From the NCBI RefSeq assembly GCF_023055435.1, contig NW_025963890.1, forward strand, positions 43,462,001-43,526,000: 64,000 nt of DNA, read 5' to 3'. A program made the position numbers and the translations under genes. This DNA comes from Haliotis rufescens. Taxonomy: Eukaryota. Each line of letters begins with the position of its first letter. Within the stretch, counting starts at the first letter, position 1. The notes under the pieces were generated by a model. The model did not search any database. It saw only the letters and a list, made by a program, of their open reading frames with translations, and was not told the DNA's origin. This document shows positions 12,006-23,411 of the stretch, in pieces.

Positions 12006-12647
12006 ATATAAGCAATTGTCAACGAATCACTATCAAATAGTGATGATACCAGGTGTTCGCGAAAAGGGGGAGAATGTCCCCTCCCTGCGGTGGCACCAAC
12101 TCATAATATATAAAGAACGAGATAAAGATACAGAAGGCCGTGTTATCTTTCTAACATGTAATATAATATACCTACACATGGTTCTTATACCTTTTTGTCC
12201 TACCCCAACATGTAATAAAATTCAATTTGGTGTAAACGTTGAATTGGCATAACAGAGAAATATCGGGTAAAACACGCACTTTACTTGATATACTTCCTGG
12301 TAAGTTTGCATTGTGTACAAAACTGATCTGTGACCTTGCACACTGCCGATACAGACCTGGGTCAAGGGCACTGAGGGGAAATATTCCCTCCTCACAGTTC
12401 GCTCAGGAGAGCGATGCAACGATATTAGACCAAGCTGCAAGGTAAGATAGCAGTGAAATAGTTGTTCAAAGCATATTAATATCCGTCATTTCTTTATTGA
12501 TAATTCGATAATCTGATTTACCTTTTTTTTCATTTTATATACTACAATAATTAACGTCGACCGTCTCTACATGCATATATGTTTGACAGTCACTTTTTTC
12601 TGTTATGAAACTCTGTATTTCAACAGTGACCCAACTCGTGGGTGACC

Positions 12648-15445
12648 ATGGCGACCCTAGCTGTGACGATCACACTGGTCATCTTGATATCAGGTACCTA
12701 TTTGCAATTTATAGAAATAGTATATATCAGTGAAATAAGCTTTGGTCTTGGATTTTTGTCATTTTCGCTCACTAAAATGTATGTAAACATAGGTAAAGGA
12801 GAATGTATTTCCCTGTATCAGTTAGAAACAGGTAACATTAACTGCAAAGGGGAATATGTTTTTGAAAAGTCATCGGTGGCTGATTTGATGTTGGTTACCC
12901 GCAAGTCACTCTTATCATTTCACCAGCAGACATTTCAGCTGAACCCGTGAAGATTCCGGGGTAGAATAGGTCTTCAATAACCCATGCTTGCCGTAAAAAG
13001 CGACTATGCTTGTCGTAAAAAGCGACTAACGGGATCGGGTGGTCAGGCTCGCTGACTTGGTTGATGCATGTCATCGGTCCCAATTGCGTTGATCCCAATT
13101 GCGTTGATCGATGCTCATGATATTAATCACTGGATTGTCTGGTCCAGACTCGATTATTTACAGACCGCCGTCATATAGCTGTAATATTGCTGAGTGTGGC
13201 GTTAAACAACCAACCAACCAACATTTCAGCTGAAAGCGTTCTTAATAAATTACACAATGTCGGACTGACTGTACCCATTGATGTGACAGTGATAAGCAGC
13301 TGGAATAAAATTTCTCGAAAGATGTGAAATTTTTTTATTTTCTTAATTAGCACTTTTTTCGTCACAGTGCCAACACTTGCACCTTCCAGTGGTCTCTGTA
13401 CCGACTGTGAGGACAATAAAAGAATATGTGTTGGAGGAGTGTGTGCGCTACGGTGCGTCAATCTGACGTCATCTGGACAGTGTCTCCAGTGTCGGGACTC
13501 CAGGTTCTATGGTAGACAGTGTGAACATGACTGTCCAGACACCTGTCTCAACTCTCGCTGTCAGCTTGACAACAGCCTGGTTATGTGTACAGAGGGATGT
13601 GTGGTCGGGAAGAAGGGAGACAACTGTGGGGCGGACTGTGATGCAGCATGCACACAGTGTGAACGTTATGGTGATGGTTGTACAGGACCGTGTCAGAATC
13701 CACGGTATTACGGTCCACTCTGTAGAACACCTTGTCCCCCAAGCTGTAGCGATGGATGTGATAAAGATAGGGGGAAATGTGGTACCTGTATAACAGGTTA
13801 CCTGGGAACGTACTGTAATGTTACCTGCTCTTCCCAATCTTGTATAACATGCGACAAAGATACAGAAAAGTGTACACAATGTGATGAGAGCCACATTGAG
13901 TGTAACGATGGAGTATGTCAGGGAGAAGCCTGCCACTCAGGTAAGGGCAGAGGATGTTTGTAAAATATAATTCAAATGAAAGCCTTTGGTTTATACTTAT
14001 CTCAGCATTATCTTCCTTCTTGTTGACCAGACACCCCGACCCGGGAAGATTCCGGGGTAGAATAGGTCTTCAGGTGACTATGCTTGTCGTAAAAGGCGAC
14101 GAACGGGATCGGGTGGTCAGGCTCGCTGACTTGGTTGATGAATGTCATCAATCCCAATTGCGTGGATCGATGTTCATGATATCAATCACTGGATTGTCTG
14201 GTCCAGACTCGACTATTTACAGACCGCCGTCATATAGCTGGAATATTGCTGAGTTCGGCGTAAAACAACAAAAAAACAACAACAACCAGACACCCGTACA
14301 TGAGATATAAAGTTGTTCACCTGGCGGCAATTATTTAATCGGGTCTAAATGTAGGCGTTCTACCGCTGTTTATTTCACTCATCATACATGTTTGAAATAA
14401 TCACAATATCAAGATAGTTGCTTTATGATAAGGTCTCTGACATAAACACTGCAGTTTAAGCTGCCCTATGATTAGCTCGATTGACTTCACATTATCATCC
14501 AAATCAGTTTGAAAACATTTTAAGATCTGTTTCGACTTAAATGGACGTAAAGTAACACTTCTGCAGATATCCGTTTCATTGAAACTATTATGTGCAGTTA
14601 GACACACTTATGAATAAAAACGAACTGTAGTTTATCGAACGTTTCAGATGCCACCACAGCCTTACCAGAGAAACCCGATGGTTTGACCACTGTCCACATC
14701 TTAATGATTGTTTGCTCCGTCCTGTCAACACTTCTGTTGGTCGGGGCTCTGCAGGCTGTTAAGAAGAAATGTAAAAAACGAAGAAGGTAAAAGAGTGATT
14801 TGAGGTTTCTACAAGAATACAGATTACACATTTACCGGAAAAATGCGGAGGATTTTACAATGTTACTATGCTGGTAAATGGTGAACTCTATAAGCTTCAG
14901 TGGTTGTTTCATTGATATGCAGGTCCCACCAGGATGCTATTACAGACTCTTCTACCCAAGCTGAAGGCAGTGGATCAAGTACGTATTTGGCGCATAAATA
15001 CTGGGAGATCAACGACCAGGACGTGGGCCCTGGTATGGAACAGGCTTTGTTGACCAACAGACGCAAACAGAGCGTGGCATTCGTCAAAGAATCTGTATAT
15101 GAACAGACGAGCAAAGAGAACAGGGTGAAGGAAGAGATCGATGTTGTGCCGGATGTTAAACCCAAAGTTGATGATACTGTAATCGCGAAGGTTGATGTTG
15201 CTCCGGTAGATGCGGTAGACTGTAACAAATCAGAATGGCATCCCGAGCATATCTATGAACCTGTGTCAGGCTCCAAGTTGGAAGGTGCTGAAGGACAATC
15301 ACACACAGTCACACACGAGGATAGGCAGATGAGCAGTGAGTCTCTGCAGTTGTTGGAATTAATCGCTGCATCTGCTAATGCAGATGTGAGATATCTAACA
15401 ACACGGAGCTCTGAGGACTCACATGATGACATTAGTGATGAGTGA
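12648..15445 (+). CDS. Receptor gene 2: EGF-repeat type-I membrane protein, ~426 aa
   Basis: Exons: 12648-12693 (MATLAVTITLVILIS), 13368-13940, 14648-14786 (TM ILMIVCSVLSTLLLVGALQAV then KKKCKKRRR), 14923-15445 (LAHKYWEINDQDV, HIYEPV, VRYLTT). AG/GT junctions, 1281 nt in frame. AATAAA at 15940. Confidence 0.9.
12944..13220 (+). mobile_element. SINE-like family B, full length (gene 2 intron)
   Basis: 14-bp TSD acatttcagctgaa. Confidence 0.9.
14039..14284 (+). mobile_element. SINE-like family B (gene 2 intron)
   Basis: Family B body and tail, TSD accagacaccc. Confidence 0.88.
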
Positions 15446-17090
15446 GGAAACAACGCTATAATATGTGATGTGTCCATACTATCCAGTGTTGTGATTATGC
15501 ATAGGTGGATGAGATACCAGTGTCATACCTGTTACAGCTATGAGAAACATATGTGCGTGTGGTGTGGATACGAAAGCACTACGTACTCTCTATTAGAATT
15601 GCTTCATCTTGTTGTGGGATATCCAGTGTCAAATGTTGTGTTATAGCTCTATACAGATGGTTGTAAATATGTAAACTACATCCGTTATTTTTTGTATGTA
15701 CATATCATGTTGCAAGGCATTTAAAATTTAACAATAATGAGTACATGCTCCAAACACAGCGGTAGTTAGTAATATGTGAGCCATATTGCAAGTATCAGCA
15801 TATTTATATGTCAAGCAAAGTAATATAGAGACGATTATTATCTCAGTATCGTCCTGTTAATGCAGAGCACCCTTTGTCGAATCATTGTTTCTACATGTGT
15901 ATATCGCTGTCTTGATATCATTGAACAAGGAGTTCAACAAATAAAATGTTTAATTCAAAGAACATTACGTTTTTCTTTAATGTATAAGATATTGTCAAAC
16001 GAATGGGTCAGCGTGTCGTAATCTAGTCAGCATTCAAGGTTCAACCGGATATTAATCCCGGAAATTAACTGCTGAGTGTGAACTTTGTTCTTTATAAACA
16101 TATTTTTCTGTCTGTTATAAGGGAAACGTGACATTCGGTGCGTTCTGTATTCAAAAATCAATATCTAAACGGAGGAGAAAGTGAATATTAAACATATAAA
16201 TTTAGCTCAGGATCCTGAAAGTCTATTGTAAGGCAAGGCGGTAATTCATCATATTTCAGGCAATGTTGACAAAACAATTATACACATGGTGGGCATACCA
16301 CAAAGTAGTATTATGTTTTGATGCACAGAAAGCATGACTTCGAGCAGGCCTTAAGTATATTGCTTTACCACTTAACAATACACAATAACGAATTCATCGT
16401 GGTGACATCACGATACCGTTATACAGATAGAAAAAGCCTAACCAACGCAGCTATTTACACGATCAAGTAGTTTTGCCATATGAAAATATAGCACAGTTGT
16501 GTAGTTGATCACTCCTCTGTAAGGGAGGTAGAGACATGACATGAGTGAAACTTCCTGTTACACTGCACCTGGTACAAAGTGTTATACTAACGCGGGAGAT
16601 GTTCACGAAACAACATGTTTCGAAACATAACGTATACCTATTCAGATTATCATTGTCTATAATTGAGAGTCACTTAACATTGCCAAGCTAATGTTTGTGC
16701 CTTTTCACTAGTCTGTGTATGTAGAATATGCCACTGGCGTAGGATAGTTATTAATATAGCAAAATATGTTTTCTTCGCTTTCTTGTTCAGAGTTCACAAA
16801 ATGTTAATTATGTGAGGACATGAAAATCAAAGCGGAATTACTGGAGGAAGATCCAACGATTATCTAAATGATAATGGAAAGAAATCGACAAGCAAAACTC
16901 GTTCATAAATCTTCCCACAAGTATGTACAAAGTGGTAGTAGAGATAGTATTAGTTATTGCTTCCACAGAAGGAGAGCTACCGGTAGGGCAGAGCATGGTT
17001 CCCTTTCCGCGGGCGCCAGGTGTCATCGCTGATACTCACTGGTCCATTCATATAATTTTCACCGTTTTGCGCCCAATGAAGTCCGTTTCG

Positions 17091-17358
17091 ACCCGTGAAG
17101 ATTCCGGGGTAGAATAGGTCTTCAGTAACCCATGCTTGCCGTAAAAGGTAACTATGCTTGTCGTAAAAGGCGGCTAACGGAATCGGGTGGTCAGGCTCGC
17201 TGGCTTGGTTGTTGCATGTCATCGATCCCAAATGCGTGGATCGATGCTCATGATATTAATCACTGGATGTTCTGGTTCAGACTCGATTATTTATAGACCG
17301 CCGTCATATAGCTGGAATATTGCTGCGTGAGGAGTTAAACAACAACCCAACCAACCAA
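17091..17358 (+). mobile_element. SINE-like family B, full length
   Basis: 13-bp TSD gaagtccgtttcg. Confidence 0.9.
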
Positions 17359-19517
17359 CGAAGTCCGTTTCGTTGGATGGTCAAAATGGTTCTGGCGTTG
17401 ACGTTTTATATTTAATTAGTTGAACATACCATTATTTTTTACAAATTTCATTGTTATCACGAGTCCGGAAACGGAGCGTATAAAAACACCTGGGTACTTT
17501 CTGAAATAATACACGTCACCTGTGAGTACATTAATAATTGATAAACGCACCGTGTTTCAAGTAGCCTAATTGATTCGACGCTACATGCCCCTGATAAACC
17601 GTTCACTGGCCATTTTGTGGTGATATGGACCTGAGACGTTCTGATCAGGGTTGTTTATTTGATGCCAAACAGTGACCAGGTGGTACTGTGTGTTTGAAAC
17701 AGTTGTGTGAGTCACTGAGGTTGGCTGTTTTCACCACAATGTCTGCATTATTCACTTTTATAAAATCTGTTGATGGTACCGTCCCCGATAGGCGTGCGGA
17801 GGAGGTTTCCCCTAAAATATTGATGACCCATAACTTTTTGTGTTTAAAATATTTGAATTCAGAATATTTTACTCATACGTTTCTTCGACGACATAAGTTA
17901 CATTATTTTTTCTCTTTTCAAGACTAAATGCAGGAGATGGTTCTACCTTGGTTCGCTTGATTTTATGGTGAATATTATATCAATGCTCCCTGGTGAGTGA
18001 TAAATACAGAATCTCACCCGTGTGTCTTTTGGTGTTAAATATGTCGATACAAGTTTAAAGCTTGACGAGGCGTTTTATCTTTTATGGACGAGTATTGATA
18101 TATATGATATCAAAAGAGACATTCTATTTATCATCTAAACATATTCTTCCACCTTATACACTTACTAAACAGTAATAACAAGTGTCTCGGGTTTATATCA
18201 GTCGAAAGTAGATTAGTGATGTCATTTGATTTCGACGTCATGGTAACAGATGAATGTCACAATAGTCTACCAAGCATTGTGAAGAAATTTCATCGAAGTG
18301 ATATCTCCTGTGGAAGCCTGTTTTGGATGATGAAATGTAAAATATACACATAGATTTATCATATTCAGTTACATGTTCATTTGCCAAACCATTTGAAATA
18401 GATCAGTTCAAACTGGATTAGGACCTCGAGATAGGAACGTGCCTTATTTAGCTTTTTTATTGAATTTTGTAAATTCATAAACATGTTTGTAGTTATCAAT
18501 TTGTTTAACATTGCAGCCCCGTGGGATACATAATGCCCTGGTAATCTTAGTGCAACGGATATCCCAAACCTATGTTAGAGTAAAGTTGTAGGATTATTTC
18601 ACTCTGTTAAAGGGGCACAGGACATCCTCACACTGTTTCGTTTCAGGGAAGTTGGAAATTGTGTGAATCATGAAGGTAAATTGTATTTTTGAGTCTAATA
18701 TATTGTTAATGATAATTCTATCAAATTTCGTATACCTACAAATGTACATCTATTTCTATCATGTTGAATGTGTCTTGAATATTGTCTTCCGCATGCATGT
18801 TGTTAATGGTAGTTGGGTTTTTTCATCAGAGGTACATCAGTGCAGTTAATCGTTTTAGCTTGCAAATGTATTTAAACAGCACAACCAGTATCACAGCCAC
18901 CTTATTATTCACGGACATGTCCTCATGAAACTGAATCATATTTCATGAGAAAATAATAAATATTCCCGCAAATAATGTGTTAGTTATTTAATGTTTGATG
19001 GCATTCAGTGCATATCACTGTAGGCCATTAGCAAAAATATTTCCGTTTTTCCCGTGCACCTAACACAACACCGGTTTCACTTAACATATTGATTGAGTTG
19101 GGTTTAACATAATGTTGAACAGTATTAAAATTTTACCTCGCACATCTACCCTCAGTGCAGTCTTATGTACTTGATTGTGGATACGTTTTGAAAATAACAA
19201 TCATGATAGTGACTCTTGTCTGCCCGATCGAGTCTAAATGTAAACTTCAGTTCTAAAACGCTTCGCTAAAGAGCAAAGGCGACGACCGTGCTCTATCCTT
19301 TGACAAAGTACGTTTTTTATTACGTGAAAATAGGATGACGTCATCAAGCTGTTAATTTACTTCCAATTGTAATTTAGTATCCTTTTGGTGATATAGCTCT
19401 GTCACTCATGTCAATCAAGATGGCGCATTCACATCAATTATCGATCGGTGAAATATTTTCTTTGACGAAAAATATTGAATTGAATATTATTCCATGGGAA
19501 GACACATATAGTGCATG

Positions 19518-20540
19518 CTGTACACACTACTGTTCTGCACACACTACTGCGCTGTACACACTACTGTTCTGTACACACTACTGTTCTGTACACACAACTG
19601 CGCTGTACACACTACTGTTCTGTACACACTACTGTTCTGTACACACTACTGTTCTGTACACACAACTGTGCTGTACACACTACTGCGCTGTACACACAAC
19701 TGCGCTGTACACACTACTCTGCTGTACACACTACTGTTCTGTACACACTACTGTTCTGTACACACTACTGTTCTGTACACACAACTGTGCTGTACACACT
19801 ACTGCGCTGTACACACAACTGCGCTGTACACACAACCGCGCTGTACACACAACTGTGCTGTACACACTACTGTGCTGTACACACAACTGTGCTGTACACA
19901 CAACTGCGCTGTACACACTACTGTTCTGTACACACTACTGTTCTGTACACACTACTGCGCTGTACACACAACTGCGCTGTACACACTACTGTGCTGTACA
20001 CACTACTGCGCTGTACACACAACTGCGCTGTACACACTACTGCGCTGTACACACAACTGCGCTGTACACACAACTGCGCTGTACACACTACTGTTCTGTA
20101 CACACTACTGTTCTGTACACACTACTGTTCTGTACACACTACTGTTCTGTACACACAACTGTGCTGTACACACTACTGCGCTGTACACACAACTGCGCTG
20201 TACACACAACTGCGCTGTACACACTACTGTGCTGTACACACAACTGTGCTGTACACACAACTGCGCTGTACACACTACTGTTCTGTTACACTACTGTTCT
20301 GTACACACAACTGTGCTGTACACACTACTGCGCTGTACACACAACTGCGCTGTACACACTACTGCGCTGTACACACAACTGCGCTGTACACACAACTGCG
20401 CTGTACACACTACTGTTCTGTACACACTACTGTTCTGTACACACTACTGTTCTGTACACACAACTGCGCTGTACACACTACTGTTCTGTACACACTACTG
20501 TGCTGTACACACTACTGTGCTGTACACACAACTGTGCTGT
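19518..20540. repeat. 17-bp minisatellite CTGTACACAC[TA]ACTG[TT/CG/TG], about 60 copies
   Basis: Directly visible tandem array with a small set of variant units. Confidence 0.97.
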
Positions 20541-20689
20541 GCTCACTACCACATCAGCCACAAGCGGGCGTTGGTGCCCTATTAATTATATCTGTCTTTG
20601 GGCATAGGAATAAGCAATCCTGTTGCTCAGCATAGGGCATTTAGCAGTACACTACTCTCAAACAAGTTGCTCTTCCTCCACCATGTTCA

Positions 20690-21040
20690 GGACCGCCTCC
20701 GTGGTCTAGTGGTAGAGTGTCCGCCCGGAGAGCAGAAGATCCGGGGTTCGATCCCCGACCGCGTCATACCAAAAGACGTTAAAAGATGGTACTTGTCGTT
20801 ACCCTGTCTGGCGCTCGGCATTAAGGGGCTAAAGGAAGGACTGGTCGGCTCGGAGTCATTTTACTGTGTCTGAGTGGGGTGTTCATGTTAAACTGCGGCA
20901 TGGTATCTCAGTGAGCTAGCACTATAAATCGGCATCAGTCCGGACTAGTACAAGCAGCCACACAAACACACACACGTACATGCACGTCGCTATATACGTG
21001 CAATAATCTTGGACGCGATGTTAAACCCCATTTCACCTCA
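20690..21040 (+). mobile_element. tRNA-derived SINE family D, full length
   Basis: A box TGGTCTAGTGG, B box GGTTCGATCCC, 14-bp TSD cctccaccatgttc. Confidence 0.9.
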
Positions 21041-21379
21041 CCTCCACCATGTTCGTCCTACGGCGACGCCATATCACGCCCCTGACCGTAGATTCACGTC
21101 AGGTGCAACTGCTGGTTACAGTATCCTGTAGAGCAACGCAATCGGCTTTCAACATTTCATGGCTTGCATGCGCAGTTGCTGCAGTCTGCTCACATTAGTG
21201 ATGGAGGCATAATTTGCGACTTCTACGACAGAAACACCACACCTCACAATAATCAGCGCAGATTTCATCTGTGTTTACACGTGTTAACTCAGTCTTACAA
21301 TACACTTGTGGAATGTCTTGAAACACGTGATTAAACTGAACGAAATATAAATCCTACTTACTGTTTTGATATATTATTT

Positions 21380-22205
21380 AGTCTCGCAACGTAAGGGAGC
21401 GGGCACAGGTACAGTCTATGTGCATGTGTGTTCAGACACATATCTCAAATCTAGCTGTGAGATTGGCGACACCAATGTTGTTCAGAGAGATGTGTGGCCA
21501 GCATTTGTTTTTGTCGCCAGCTATATGACGGTGGTCTGTAAATAATCGAATCTAGACCAGACAAGCCAGTGATTGACATCATGAGCATCGATCCACTCAA
21601 TGTCGATACGATGACTGAAAATAAGTGATGACACCAGGTGAAGCAGCGAAAAGAGTAGCATGCCCTGCCCTACCGGTAGCACCCGCCATTCATACAATTT
21701 GCATAAAAAAGTAAGTATCTATTGCCTGACGCAGTGCAGCAGTACTCCTTCCATGCGACGTCAGCCTGTAAACAAAAAGACGATCACGTGATCGATGAAC
21801 CAGAAAACCCAGTGACATGAGAGTTCTATTACTGATTATGTTGAAAACGTTGAGAAATATATTCATTTTGCAACACAGTGGGGCGCATTTTATACGACAA
21901 TGTGAGCGTCGTGGTAATGCGTGTTTAGACAAGTGTTTCAATCCTCGTTACTGCGCAACACTGTATTCGAAACGGTGTCCAGGAAGGTGTAGAGATGGCT
22001 GCGACAAAGACACTTAATGAGTTTGACAGATGCATGAAAGGTTAGATAGGGAGGTACTGCAATTGCTCTTGATATTAACACCACGCATGCCACCTTTGGA
22101 TGAACTTTGTGATGAACACTGGCAACTTTCCCTGACTGCATAGATGGGAATAAATGAAAGGATTACTGTCACCAGACATGTCCATTCAATTGTACTACAT
22201 GTTTC
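21380..22205 (+). pseudogene. Decayed relic of an additional receptor ectodomain exon
   Basis: 21405-21503 aligns by eye to the core ectodomain DNA (cagacacatatctcaaatctagctgtgagat...gatgtgtggcc). 21898-22014 reads QCERRGNACLDKCFNPRYC...CPGRCRDGCDKDT*, and 22161-22202 reads DYCHQTCPFNCTTC. Repeat fragments interrupt it. Confidence 0.7.
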
Positions 22206-22475
22206 AATAATAGAAATAAGCGATTAGACCCTGTCTAAGTAACGCCTATTATGTAAATATAAGCGACAAACCCTTCCATAATCACGATGATGAACATTCA
22301 TTTAGATTAACGGAAACAATAGGTATCCAAGGACAGATGATACAACATCATGTAAAAACTGACCCAAATTGTGACAACTTTAAGATTTGTATGCATGGTC
22401 ACAAAACGTCACGCCCAAACATAATCTGTATTGCTTTATTAACAGTTGCAGATGGCAATAGGCACTTGAAACTAT

Positions 22476-22620
22476 GTTCGATTCCCGACATGAAGCCCAT
22501 TTCTGGTGTCCCCCGCCGTGATATTGCTGGAACATTGCTAAAAACGGCGTAAGACCATACTCACTCACTCACTCACTCACTCACTCACTCACTCACTCAC
22601 TCTCTCACTCACTCACTCAC
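22476..22620 (+). mobile_element. SINE family C, 5'-truncated, with long (ACTC)n tail
   Basis: Matches the family C 3' half. Confidence 0.85.
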
Positions 22621-23411
22621 CCCCTTTTCATGAACGACGTAAACATACTCGTTCAATAGAGGTGAGTTCATGTATCATTTCAGTATCATAGGCTTTTGAT
22701 TATTCTTGAATTTAGTGACGCAATGTGGTGCAGTTACACATATATGTGTGCACGAAAATGCATACATACACCACTCACTGACGTGTGATATATACTGACT
22801 TATATAATAGAGGGTAATATACAATATAATATAAGCGACATATTCATAAGAAGTCTCTGCCTAAAGCAGATAGCTATAAATAACATGCCTATTCAAATTA
22901 TGCATACATGTGATAGTAGTGTGATCCATACGTCAATCGAAACTAGTATTGTATAATAATGTGCTACTGAAAAAAGGGAGTGACTGCATCCTTGTCTTTC
23001 ATAATTCAGTACATTCAACGCTTGAGGACGCTCGCAACAGAGAGACCCGTCAGATTTACTGGTAAGAGTATTACTTTATATGATGTGATGATAATTTGCG
23101 AGTACATAACATACTATAAGTCCATTATGTAGCATAGATTTATCTATTTACTGATCAACTGATTCTAGCACACTGAACACATTAAACACACATTGTAACA
23201 TATTACACTTTTCGCGAACACCTGGCGTCATCACTGATTTTCCCCCCACTATTTGCCTTTTACGCCAAATGAAGTCTGTTTCAGCAGATAATCGAGACTG
23301 GTTATTCTCTGGCGTTGACGTTTTGTATATATTGAATAGGCACGGGACAGTTTTGTGAGGCCTTAACTTGATGTACCAGATTTGTTTCTCTTTGTTCTTT
23401 TAGAAAAGAGT

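Noticed and set aside
12375-12388. NF-kB-like GGGGAAATATTCCC upstream of gene 2, and scattered STAT/IRF-like words
   Set aside because: The spacing is non-canonical, the sites are not conserved upstream of paralogs, and such words are expected by chance.
19518-20540. CRISPR-like regular repeat
   Set aside because: There are no unique spacers and no cas genes, and the context is eukaryotic.
19408-20635. Three long ORFs (356-399 aa) rich in C/H/T/Y
   Set aside because: They are by-products of a stop-free 17-bp minisatellite, with no splice or domain evidence.
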